Shown in pieces: positions 24,401-38,483 of a DNA stretch of 64,000 nucleotides. Under the pieces are notes generated by a model. It was not told the DNA's origin, did not search any database, and was given only the letters and a program-made list of their open reading frames with translations. Where the stretch lies: the NCBI GenBank assembly GCA_036172245.1, contig JAYWIR010000004.1, forward strand, positions 3,534,001 through 3,598,000, written 5' to 3'. The stretch comes from Raillietiella orientalis. Its lineage: Eukaryota. How positions within the stretch are numbered: position 1 is the stretch's first letter; every line of letters starts with the position of its first letter. The position numbers were made by a program, and so were the translations under genes.

Positions 24401-27400
24401 AATGACTGCTTTCGATTCAGAAATGTCAGAGCTAGACTGCTTTCTACAGAACTCATCCTTTGTTTTACTGCTCAAGATTGCATTAATTCCGTTCCATAAT
24501 CATTCCTTAACTTCAATCAATTATTTACACCATTTTACGTACACTGATTGTTCAAAATGCATGAATAAGGAAAAAGGAAAATTTGACTTAAAAGCAAGGC
24601 AGTCTGAACTAATTTCGAATAATCTGCGTAAATTCTAAAATGGGAAAAACGGAACAAATATGAGCATATGACGAAACAGATATAATTTGATCGTATTGAT
24701 AAGCACTCCATGCCTGATTTATCATAAACATTACTATGATAAGAACCATGATGGAATGGGGGAATGTTGCACTTAAATGAAGTTCTTTTTCACTTTAATC
24801 TTCCTCTGTTAAAATCTCTCTTTAAAACTCTGAGACAGGCAAGACTTTTTTTGTACCCTGCTTGAGGAGCTTTTAAATACCCAGAGGACAGGAGGGGGGT
24901 TCCGGAAAAGATGGACCAGTGTAAATTTCAGTTACTCAGTTATGTCCTATAAATTGTGTAAAATGATGGAGCCACTTGTGTTTTACATTCCTCTTGATTT
25001 CCTTCGAAAATAAATGCTTCTTGATCCCTCCTTTTTCACGTTTCACTTATACCAATGAATTTCTACTCTGTATTTGGATAGAATACATTGTATGCAATAA
25101 GTAACTCTTATGCAACAAAAGCTGCATATAAAACTTGACAAATCAAATGAACAATCTTCATTAGTCATGAAGACCTTCAGCATCCTATCTTACATCATTA
25201 GTGTGAATATTCTTTTCTTTCGAGGAACTGAATGGTACCATCATCTGTTTTGCAAATAACTAGATCCTTCACAAACTACCCAATTAACACATCTAATGAA
25301 ACTCAATGCAAATATGTTAACCCTGTTCGATGCTTACGAAAACGATATGAAATAATGGTTTTCATAATTAGGTTTTCGCAATGCTACATATAAGCAAACT
25401 CAAAAGTAGCAGCAGTTTCAGTTTGCCTGAAAATGCTTCTTGGATGTGCACGGTTAACTAAAAAAACAATTATTTTAAATGATCACGTCTCTTTCATTAA
25501 TTGCAATCACACTTTAGTAACTAACATTCCATTAGCAATGGATGTAAGTCACTTCAAAAACAAATAAGTTCATTATATATTAAGTTTGATTGAGGCCATC
25601 AATATGCTCGATATCACCAAAATTTACGTTCATTTTCACAGAAAAGCATTAAAATCACTTATAATTATGGTGACTGCACAATTGGCGCATGAATACATGT
25701 AAACAATAATGTAAGGAACAATACATAAAATGAATGTAAGCATGAAAAATATACTTCTGAATTTTTAATCACGTTTTCCAAGGTTTAAAATAATTAATAA
25801 TAATAGTATAAATAATTAGTTACTTTATTAAATTCAAGTATTGTTTCCCAAAGCAATATATTGAAACTACATGAATCTCAAGTAAACTTAAGGTTTCTCA
25901 AATGAGTACTAAAATTCAGTTAATGATGCATTTTCAAAACCAGTAATATTAGGTGATAACTGTTATTATCTGTTATTTTCAAACTTACACACAGATGTTT
26001 TATATAAAATAAACCTGCATATTTGATTTTTACCTGAATGTAAGAACAAAGCAGTCTAATTCCATCTCACTCGATCTCACTAAGAAAGCACCATCACAAT
26101 GAATTTGCTGCATAATAGTTTCAGCTTTCAATCTACTGATGGATTTATAGAACCATTTTTCTTTTTCATGACTATCACTCTGTGGTACCGATTCAGTAAG
26201 AACTACATAAAATGCCTACAGTGCATTGCTTTCGAAGAAACAATTCTTTTTTAGACAACTACCTTAAAAGCAAGTTGATGAATTTTATAATAGTTCACCA
26301 ATTCATATAAGCTATCAAATACAGTTGACTCCCAAAGAAAATATTTTCCTTGATTGCCTTCATTCTTAAAACGAATACGACAGTGATGTGCTTTTCCCTG
26401 TTTCCAAAAAGAGAGTGCATAGTCTCCCACAAAATGTTCACTTGCTCGCACTAAAAAAGTGCCATCGCCAAGATGTGAATAATCTCTAAGCAATTCTTCT
26501 GCTTTCTGTCTACCACCTTTCAATTTATCATGAAACCATTTTTCTGTTAAATGTAATTCATTTGTAGGGATGTTCTATTAAAGGTACAAAAAAATTAATA
26601 TAACTATTAAGAAATCATGGCAAAACTAAGCACAATTCAAACTTTACAAGTTGCAATAATAATCATAATTAAAATAAAATCCAATCATTTGAAACAAATA
26701 ATAAGTAATATGCTCTGAACACACATACACAAATGCATCTAAAAACACTGATATTATTAACAAACATGTGGAGACTACGAGCTGCTAGTTCGGGATGCCT
26801 TAAAAAGTTCAAAGAGTAATCTGAAAAAACTAAAGGTCATTAATTCAGTTTTTCTGAGAATATACTTTACCACATATAACCAAAAGCAGTACACACATGA
26901 AATCTTTCTTGGATATCTCTGTTTTCTATGGTCACAATTCCAAAAGTTAAATTGCTTTTTGTCAAATATCGCAGTTACCTTTAAAATGCCTTCTACTCGA
27001 GGAAATATAATGATGTAACGTGATCCTAGAGCACTTTCTCGGAAATAAATACAAAGCTGGACAAAACATCAAGCATATGAATAAAAAACCAAATGCATCG
27101 CACATCCCTAACATATTACATCTGGATGTTCTTGTGATGGGGCATGGAGTAAACCTTGGACTTTCACCTGAAATTCCATTTTCAAAAGGTATAGCATAGC
27201 ATTCTAAATGTCAAGCATATGGTAACATCTTTGGGAACATGCTGCAGATCCTAAATACCTTTCTTGACATGTAAACAAAATTAACTTCCAATTCAAATCA
27301 TTATTAATTTCAAAGAATTGTTTAAACAAATCTTCAAGCTTAAAAATAAACCTATAAAAAGTTATAATAAGCATAGATAGGAGAATTAGAAATCTGATAT

Positions 27401-30400
27401 CTGAAGCTATGATAAATCTCCTATGATTCCATCTCATAATATATAATTTTGATTTAGATCATAAATTGAATTAAGCAAATTCAGTAATACGACACTTCTT
27501 TACAAGTCACTACTGACTGAGCTTGATAAAAGTTGATTAAAAAATTGGATATATTGTCCAAGAATTGGCAATTGACTCAAAAATATACTATATTAGCTAT
27601 ACTGGAAACACTGAACATAATCTTGGTACAGAGTGGGCACAACAGATTGACTATGTTCTTTAAGCAAAGCATTGGCTTATAAAAGTAAAAAATACATGAA
27701 AGAGAACAAGAAAAGTAAACGAATAAGCATAGATGTATTCCGAGGGATCAATAACAAAGTTTCAGAGTAGCAAAACTTTTACTTGGAAACTCGTTTAAAA
27801 GGACACTTCAAGTAACACAAAGTGAAGAAAATTTAATACTTTTGTTGTTTCCTAGGATTTACATCTATTTACATTTTATAATGGAAAAATCAACAGAGAC
27901 AAAGCAGCTCTTTCAAATTAAATTGACAATGTTGATTAAAGTCTCATGTGATTGGGGTAGGTCCTTTTTGAAGGAATTTCCTCTCTGAGTTTATCTTGTG
28001 AATAGTAGGCCAATTCATTCTTTTTATAAACCAAAACACTGTATGCTGCCTTTTATATGCTTGTTTTCTAAGGTCCAAATGAGATTCTACAGTTGACCAA
28101 TATAAAATTTCGGATAAATATTTCTCAAAGTCTAAACTGGCGAAGAAAAAATTAAGAAATAATAAGCTAGTATGTTGTGGAACAATGGTCTACACATTGC
28201 ATGCTCTACTAAATGAGAAATGCATTTGCATCGTAACATAAACAATTGAAAAAAGTAAAATAAAGTATCACTGAAAAAATAAACAATATGCACACAGCAA
28301 ATTATAGAATCACTTGTTTCAATTTACTTAAGCACTTTATTAGCAATCAATGCTCTTGGAACTGTGCTCAAAATTTTTGCTCTTCACTTGAAAAAACAGC
28401 GCAATCCAACTATAAAGGAACATAAAACAAAGGTTTGCACTGAACATGTTTGCTAAATAGTTGCCAAAAAGAACATGCCTATCATTTAGCTTTAACGAAT
28501 CTTATAACTTGACCATTTTACCATGTTTTTAAGATATATGATAAAATGATTAACAAATCATTTCGTTATTTATCCTAATATGTGAATAATACACCTCAGT
28601 CATGCAATCTATTTGCCATACATATGTATGGTGTAATGAACAGATGTTACAATTAAGAAAAAACAAACATCTAATATAGTTAATTTTGCTTTTGGAAATG
28701 CACAAGTAGAATCCAAGTCCACATTTGGTCTTTCACACAGACTGGACCCAAAATATAAATGAGTCTTAATACCAAGCAACACAAATATCTAGCCATTTAA
28801 AGTGAAATATTTTCACATGAGTCCCGTTTCCAAATAAAATATGCACCCTAATATGTTGAAAATCTTGAAATTGAAAATAGTCTTTTTCCTCTACATCAAA
28901 GTCCAGGTAAAAAACACTAATCATAAAGAACCAGGTAGCTTGACTTTGTTAAGAATCTGCTTGCTTGTTGATTCCTGATTCATACTTTCCATGTAATGGA
29001 AATAAGATTTTCAAAACTGATCATCCAGCATTCATCTGACACCATGACAAATAATGACTTATAACCATGACAAACGACCCTGAGATAGATTTCCAAAAGA
29101 CCACATTGGTGCATTATTATTCAGATGTCTTCATTTTATCATCCGTGGGTTGGTTTCAGAAAAATTGATAATAAGTCTTGTTATGCATTGTTTAAAATCC
29201 TTTCTTCAGATGTACCAATAAAATAGTTCCTTTTCTTTTTTTAATGTTTTTTTTTTGTCAGCAACATAAAAATCTGATCAGCTGAATTTCAACTGCTTTC
29301 AAGTATTTACAGCATAAATCCAAATTTCCATTTCATTTCTCAGTCATCTTTTTGAACAATATTAGTACCATTGTAAAAATTCTTTTTTTCATGGACAATA
29401 GTGAGTTCATGTTGAACTTCTGACTATCCAAAATCTATGCTAAGCGTTCTAACAGTAATATAATCAGCCTATAGCACTGCATCTCATTTGAAATACTCTG
29501 AATAATACAGAATCATCAAAGAATAATTTTTATAACTTTGAAAAATCATTAGCAACTGATTCTAAAAAAAGCCTTCATGGGAAATCCCACTTTAATCTCA
29601 GGTTTTCCTGCAACTGAAAGCTATTTTTATACATGGACTTAACTATTGTTATGATGTGAGTTTTTACTGCTTATTTAACATTTCACGATTTTGCTGAGCC
29701 CTGAAATTTCTAGCTGATTGCACAGCTATTCTTGATATGTATCCCTCAAACTACTTGATTACATTACATACTCTCTGTAATTTTAGCAATTCATTGGAAA
29801 GAAATTTCATTAAACACATTTTCTAATTCTAGGGTCTGCTGTGCTGATGATAGATAAAAAAATTAAAGCATTTTTTTAAAACTACATTATCCTCATCTTT
29901 TCCTGAACATTTCACCCATAATTTCACCCAGATACCATACTTTGAAATACATGTTTTGTACTGATGCTTCTTTGAAAAGTAATTTCACTCATTTATCAAG
30001 GCAAATTATCACATGCCAGTTTGAACGCCATTCTTTCACTTAACGTCATTGCTATTGACCTCAATCTTGAACACAACACCATTAGACTAATATGTTAATT
30101 AAAGTGCTCAATTAAAGAATTCTGTATTCATCCTCAGAGATATTTATTTGGTTTCATGTGGTAAGTCTGGAAGATATTCAAGTATATCTTCCAGTTGCAC
30201 TGACAAAAAGTATGCAATTCCTTAATAATTACACAATAGAAGTCTGACAAAAAAGTTGAAAGAAGCCAATTCTCAATAATTAATTCCAAAAACATTGGAT
30301 TAAAATGCTTAATACCTTTTTTTGATTGGCCAAATTGTCGAATCCTTCTTCCTCCTCTCCATTTTCGTTATCGAAATTGTAATTTTCAAATGAAAAAAAC

Positions 30401-33400
30401 AATTGACTGCCCAATAAAACGAAAAAATGACGTTTCCATTGCTGATCAAAAGAATCTTCCATATAAAGAATGCCCTTTTTCGTAGCATTTGAAAGATTGT
30501 TTCTATCTGAAAGAGGAAATTACAATAGAAACAAACGAAACCGTACTTTAATATCTTAATTCCTTATGGTATTGAAACTTTCAACTGATGAACTGATGAA
30601 CATTTAATACTAGAAATAGAAAACAATGACTAAAACCCCAAAAAATTTCCGACTGACTAGAATTTATTTTTTTATCAAAAAATAATTAAATTTTTAATCT
30701 AAAAAATTGTTTCCGTGTGCAATACGATAAAATAAATTTATGATGAATAATTTGAATGAAAAAAAAAAAGCAAAAGACCAACTAGAAGCAGCAGTTCTAA
30801 GAAATGAACAAATATTTGGACTATTTAAACAAAAACAATGCTCTATACTTAGAACTCATACTGCATTCATATATCTCAATGTAAAATTTTCGTTTCAGTT
30901 ATCTGCTGCAATACTGACAGCTTCACTCATCAATGGAGCAACAAGTTATCGAGATATGGTCTGGTAAACCCAACAAAAAACTACATTTTCTAGTTTTCAT
31001 GTCCCTAATAATTTGGAATTATTATTTCGTTTTGCACAATGAAATAAAAACTATTGAACAAATGAAATTCTTTAAAACAGAAATTGTAATGATTGCTATG
31101 AACGAGATAATTAAGATCTTTTCGATAAGAAAAACAATTCTTTGAAATTAAATTACATTGAAGAATATAGTAGTTATGCCTGAATAATATAAAGACTTCG
31201 ATTAAATCCTCAAATACTAAACAAGCCTGTGAAATTTGAAATGAGAGACTAAAGTATTTAAACTCTATATTTTGAAACTCCAGCTTTCATTAATTCCATA
31301 CACTTTTAAATGAATTTCATGTTACTTCTCAAATGAATTTAAACAGTAAAGGATAATAATCTATAAATTGATTCCATGAATCACAGATCATCAAAGAATA
31401 CATGAGATATACATACATATGGGTATGAACATATACTATGACATTCCTTTGCTTACAATAAACACATATGAAGTCATCAGAACAATAAAACTATAAGAGT
31501 ACGTAAAAACAAATTAGAAAGACTACAGTTTGAAAATATTCACCTTCATCTCGTTTACTCAGAAACATGTTTTCTTGCATTTCCTCTAAATCCAATTTCT
31601 TATGTTTAATAATAATTCTACGGACCAATTGTTGTGGTGAGGGTAATTGCATTTCACTATGTTCTAATGGTTGACTGAGAAGCATGCTACCAAAAACTTC
31701 TTGAAAAGCAGCTGCCATGCGACGCTGTTGTGGTAGGGAACAATGATCTTCAATGGAAAGAATCACAGGATACCTATACAATTACATCAGGCATATTGTC
31801 TCAATAAATAGAACATACTCAGATGTCACAAATGCATATTCTTTGATCATTCGAATCACGTCTAAAAATTTAATTTTGCTGGTAAAAGTATGACCATGAT
31901 AAATGAAAGGCATTCCATCAGCACCATCCCAGCAGTCCAGTTCTACACTACGGCAACCCATCATAAGACAGTGAGCATATGCTTCCACAGATGATTCACT
32001 TGACAGCTGATCGCCAGTCAAATATCTAAAACATAAGATTAATGAATTGAACTTTTAATGAGTGAGTGATCAGTCATTATAGCTAACCAATATGAATAAT
32101 CATTAGTGATAAACCCAGATAAATTAAGACCCAAAAAACAAATTAAAAACACATATGAACAAGGTATGACAGCAAGTAATGTGAACATGGTCAAACTATG
32201 GGCAAATGAAAAATATTCAATAAGATTCCACAATTGAACAGAAACTATGAGAAAAGCAAAAACACTTACGTATTATGAGAAGACGATATCCAATAATGAG
32301 ATAGTGGTTGAGTCATGTCTTGATTGACAGTACCATGTGCATTATCCCAAATTGTGTTATCTTTACTAAACAAAAATGATAAAAACTAAAACAAAAAGTA
32401 CTTATATGAATACTAAAAATTCCAACTGTGGTTAGCTAAACTACAAAGACTGAGTGAAGTCTTACTTCTTCATTGGTAAAATATGGCTCCTGAATGTCTC
32501 TTTTTGTGTCCTGAAGATAACTTTTGATGAACTTGGAAACTGCTTCTGGATTTTGAATTAATGGATCTTGTTGCTCTTCACTAAGAAACTTTAAAAACTC
32601 AGGAAGCAAAACTTTGTTCTCCTTCGAAAAACGTCCAAAGTTGCTTTCAAATAACTATGTTTAAATTGACAAAGTGGTGTCATTTCCAAAAAAAGTTGAC
32701 CTACTTTTTGATTGTATAATAACTGATGGTAAAAACTGCTAAAATCTTCGTAAGTTAGCTCTGCTTTCTGTTGTATATTAGGGTCAATGCATTCTTTCAA
32801 GTATTTGGCAGAAACTTTGTATTGCATCTTAAGGAGGAGATTTTTCAAATCCTTCAATGAAATCCTACCAATATAATTAACCACCGTCAAGAACACGTAT
32901 TTGTATTATGAAAATTGATCCAATTTGTCCTTTTTTCTTCAATTAATTTAAAGAAACAAGATTTAACAAATAACATGATAAAATAATCTTAGAAAACACT
33001 TGGAAAAAATCAAAATAGGCACATGCAAGAAAACACACAGAATCTGATATTTTTAAATCAGTTTCTGCAGTGGTCAAAAGCAAAAAATGAAAGTATGCCA
33101 TCAGAAAATGGAAGATACCTTTTCACTTTGAAAACAGGACAACAAGAAACAGCATAAACACTGGGAAAATATTCTCATGATTTTGGGTGCAAAATTTAGC
33201 AAAACAATCAATCGAATTGAATAAACTTTTGTTTCCTTTTTTTTTCTTTTGAAATATTAAAAGTGAATTGTTCATCATTCTGTAAGTTCATTACTGGGAT
33301 GGCACTGCACCGATTCCCACTATGTAAAAGCAGCTTGGATATGATTCAATCGGATCTAACGAATGATTTATCTTCTATAGAGGAGTTGTTTACATCTCCA

Positions 33401-36400
33401 TGCACTTATTTCCATTCTTTATAATTAACTAACAGGTAAGAGCAGTGAATTAATGTTCAAAGAACTTAATGAAAAGAAATGAGTAACTGAAATTAAACTG
33501 AATTAACAAATACTGCGATAAATTTGAGAGGAGTTTGTTAAAGCTTACAATGAACCAGCTAAGAATGACTTTTTGAATTATATTCCAATGAAGCATCTTG
33601 CACTTGAAAACAATTGATGTATAATACATGCATAGATACGTGTTAAACAACAAACGAATTTTTATGATAAACTCTGCTCTGAAATTTTGCTACTTTATAA
33701 AGACATTCACTATTAAAGTCAGTTAATACCGCAAAACCAAAAAACTTCAAGCAACACACACACTTTCAAGCATCACAGATCAGTGTATGCCAATGATCCC
33801 CCTGCACATATGATATTAAAATAATTCACTGATTCACACACTTGTCCAACTTTAATTTTGGTTTTTATTAAATGAATATACCTCTCTACTGCATCTCATA
33901 CTACAGTCAGTATGGCTATGTGAATGATTTTCTACAATTATTCTGAAGGAATTTTACAATAAAATGAAAATGGAAAAAGTAGTTCTAAATAATTTTTTAA
34001 TTTGTTATGGTAATGAACTGTTCTTTAATACCATTTGCTAATGTATCCCGAAAGAATTTTAGAAGAATAATAACATAACAAACACAATATTAAGAAGCTG
34101 ATAACAAAACAGAAAAGTTCCTACCCTGAGAACCCAAGTACCACTAATATTTGCGTTTCTTCCAAATATTATCATTAGCTTCCTTAGTTATACATAGATC
34201 AATATCAACTATTGATGTTTCAATAACAGAAATTCAAATTTATTAATAAATGAAATTATACATAATCTTTCTGAACTTATATGAACTGGATACACTAACA
34301 GCATTTACTCAGTGTGCTGCTGCATAGGAAAATAATTCAATATAAATAAATTCTAGTGAAATACATTTAAAACCTCAATAAGTGAGCAAACAACAAGTTC
34401 AATACTTCTTATTTATAGCATTTAAAATATTTCGAATTGATGTGAAAAAAACCACTGAAAATCATCTTTGCTAAGTCATACCATTCCCAATGATTGTGAT
34501 GTGCCTGAATATTATTTCCTATGGATTTTTTATGCAAAAACGGCGCTTACTCTTTGAAACACTTTAGAAAAGACCACTGAGAAATTGGGAATGTCAGGTA
34601 CAACACAATAAACGCAAAATTATTAAATCATTACCTTAGATAAAATAGTTTAAAAAATTACAAAAAATTAACTGAAAATCGATCCTATCCTTGTTTTAGT
34701 GTGCGCAATCAAGAAAAAAAACATTTTATAAATAATAAATTCATGTGATCTAGAAGCAACTACAAGATTATATTCTGACAAGCATTTGAAAACATAAACC
34801 ACTGAATTAATAGAAACACCCACTCAATTGCTCTCCAGCAGAAAATTCACTCACACTTTTGAAATTAAATAAATGTAATCAATAATCACTGAATTGTAGA
34901 TAGAAATTGAAATGACATGTGATACTATATTTTGAAATATAACTGCCCATAGTTTAAAGAAAAAGAATTTAAACAATTGAATCCATACACATCCAGATTC
35001 CCACCCTATTGTAAACTTACGTATTTTTATCGTTCTCTACATCATAAAATTCTTTGCGAAGCCATCTTTCTAACTGGACTGGATATGGAGACATTTGTAT
35101 ATCTTTCACCAGATACTGTAATCCTTGTAACCATATATTACATTCTTTATCTGAAAAGGCTGAAAAGAAACCCAAATATAATGGCAAATAAAAAATATGA
35201 AAGTTTTCATTTTAACTACTCAGATTTTTCCTATTTAGCTCTTAATAATGCTTGCAATATTTCACACTTCAAATTCAAATGAATTTCCTTTTTTTGATCA
35301 ACAAAACAGTTGCATTTACAGAATCTGCATGTGAAATTTCTTCTGAAACATTTACTAAGACATATTGCTGGTCAAAGGTTTTCAAAACTGCAATTAGTAT
35401 CCATGTCCCCAAATGCTATTTAGTTGTCATTTAATTTCATTATTTAGATATTACATGCAAATAATCTTTCAATTGTGTTCTGTATTGCTTTGCCAACTAT
35501 CATTCTTTATAGTGATTGCACTTTCCATCACTGCCTGAAGTGTAAAAAAATGCTTTGGATTCCATTTAAGCATTTTTTTTCTCCCATTCATTATTCTTTC
35601 AAAGAATTTACATAGTAAGAGATAGATAATCTTGGTTGTTATTTTTATGAGTTGAATGCATATTTTGTACTGTGCTGCTTGTGTGCAATTCTTATTCAGT
35701 AGATGTATGTGATTGAAATGCATTTATATAAGGTTTTAAATCTGACTGCGATTTTCCAGACCACTGAAACCTATCAAAAGACCTAAATGAAAAAGTAACA
35801 CAAGAAACCTTGAAAATGGTCTTCTTTCACACATGCTGTATCAACACAACAGAAAAAAAGATAATACTGTTCACTGATTTTGATAAGTAATATGCACATA
35901 TTACATGTATGCAAGTTATTTGCTGAATGTGAAAACTGATCACTGCTGCAACAGAATATGATTTCTGTAAACCAAATCTTAATATGCTGGCTTATTTTGA
36001 TGAATTTTGAGGACCAATGTTTTCTTACATGTGGTAGTTTGTTTTTTTTTTGTAATGACACATATGTCAAACAAGAAGCACCTCATTTCACATGCTTTTG
36101 TTTGCATAAAAACTACTAGCCATTGAATTGCTTGCTTTTTGTGCATTCACATTTAAACACATTTATTAGTACTTAATATTTGTGGCCACTGCAATCATGC
36201 TCTTATGTCATTCTTGTTTGATCTATGTATCTTTTGAATTTTGGATTATGCAATTATGCCTTTCGACGTCTTTGCATTACCTATTCAATTAAACTAGGAA
36301 GGTTTGCGACAGTTTTCAATTTAATCATCTATGAAAGCAGCTTGTTTCATTCTAAAGATTTCAGGAAAGCAGAAAATTTCGTAAGAATATGCTGATGCAA

Positions 36401-38483
36401 AAAAACGCCTTTATAATTATACAAACAAAATAGCCCTCTGATTACCCTACATAAAGATATCAATATTAATTCAAGTCTTTTATGTACTCTAAGTGAATAA
36501 TAAATAAAAACACAAAGATCATTATTAGAGTAGGGAGGGGCAGATTTGCATCCTTACTTGGTAACAACATTCATTATATAATAATAATATCTAAACAAAC
36601 AAAAATAGTGTAACTCCTTCAAAAGCAATACATGCACATGTTGTTTAAATCATATACGTTCGATAATCAACACAATGTATACATCATTAAAATAAACATT
36701 TCTAAACTGCACAAAAACATATATAACATATACTTTACCAACAATGGATAAACATTTCAGATTAAATTCCATTCCATAATACACAACAAAACACCTCAAT
36801 GCATCATACTTCTTTATTTCCTCTGGCCATTTATCGAAGATTCTGGAACTTTTTGTTTGTTTTATTTCTTTCACCTCTCTTAAATCAACTGAAAATAAGA
36901 AAATACATAAATTTCTCATTATTCTGAAGATGCATTAATTCAGAATTACATACTCTATCCAAGCAATTCAGTACTTAACCACATGATGAACAAACTGTAT
37001 TTCAAAACTAAACTTGCCATCACTTACACATAAAAATATTTATTAGAATTATAGTTGAAGTAAAATGAGTTCTGTTACAGCAGCAGCACAAAAATTAACC
37101 AATGTTCAAGTACTTAGCATTCTTGCACTGTAACCACAACATTGCAAAAATTTTGGATACTTGAATATTTTGTTTGATAATCATAGTCATACAAAGAATC
37201 ATAAAAATGCTATCATTATTATTTTTAGAATAATGATTCTACATAACACAAGTAAAAAAAATTTCGATGAAAGATTTAAGAAAAGCATCAAATTTCGTAC
37301 AAACATGCTGATACAAAAAACTGGCTTCATAATTGCTTCAATTCTCGAAAATTCCACACATAACAATATTATTACACACATACTTAAGTACGAAAACACA
37401 AACAAAATGGCCCTCTGGTTACCTTACATAAAACACAAAAATGAAATATATTACAAATAGGATCACAATGAAGAAATAAAAAATCAGCACCTCTGTAAGT
37501 GTATTCCTAGACGTTTATCTAATCCAAAACTAAAAAACTTCCCTGGGAATGAATTTAACTGAATTTTACTTCTTTGATATCTACATTTTTTATATTTTAT
37601 TCATTTGCTCACATTCAAATATATCCCTCAATTTTTCATGTAATTGTTTTTCATTGCATGGACTAAAACAAAATGCAAATACGCTTTTTGATTCTGATGC
37701 TTTTGCTTTGTATTCTATGAATAAGATAGCAAAGCATCAGCATACCATAAAGAAACACACATATCCTGTTCTCCACCAACAAATTCTAAATCACCCATCA
37801 ACTGCATTACAATATGGCCTTTCAGATGACATTTACTTTTCTGAATTATTGAAAGACTGTTCTTTGTTTTTTTTTCTCCATATTCTGATATGCTTGATTT
37901 TAAATTATCATATGAAAAACAAAAATTATTTTAAAATAAAATGCTTTGCATCCTTTCCACATGAAAACACAGTAAAAATCTACCAATGTCACTTCCTAAT
38001 TAAGAATAGAGTATCATAAATGCAACTTGAATGAGAATAATCAACACTACCCCAAACAGAAAGTAAAGTCAATTTTGGATTAATAGCAAACTTTGCATAC
38101 AAGTTTGAAGTTTTTAAAAATTGCAAATTAAAAATTTTTAATTTGAAAATTAAAATTTTTATGGAAATAAAATAAATATAAAAGACTCGTTTATTATAAA
38201 TAAATGTTAAAAAATGCATATTGATTTCATATTTGTTATTACCTGAATTTTGAACTACACCCTTGAAAGAATTTGCATTAAGTGCTGGTATTTTCCAAAT
38301 GATCTGCCCAGTTTCTCGTTTTATGGATAGCTGCCCCTTTTCTGGACGTTTTTTTAAAAAAAATTTAGTTACTGCTGTCCCCCTTTCCAAGCTGCTTATT
38401 ATGCACTCAATCTCAGGAAGGCTAGTTTGTCGGGTCAGGTCTTGTGAATTCAGCTTTCTCATTTTGGAGACATTTTTATTCAT
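21463..38483 (-). CDS. PLCG1: 1-phosphatidylinositol 4,5-bisphosphate phosphodiesterase gamma (phospholipase C gamma), spliced, about 24 exons
   Basis: Approximate exon blocks: PH (38483-38243, 36890-36738, ~35160-35020); EF (~32870-32470); X box [40 protein letters not shown] (~32385-31544); split PH (~30507-30317); SH2 (~26575-26263 and ~26216-23890); SH3 AKALYDY..ELTF..WWRGDYG..FPANYV (~23672-23480); Y box [21 protein letters not shown] (~23097-22279); C2 [20 protein letters not shown] (~22225-21767); final exons to TAA at 21463. Confidence 0.93.
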
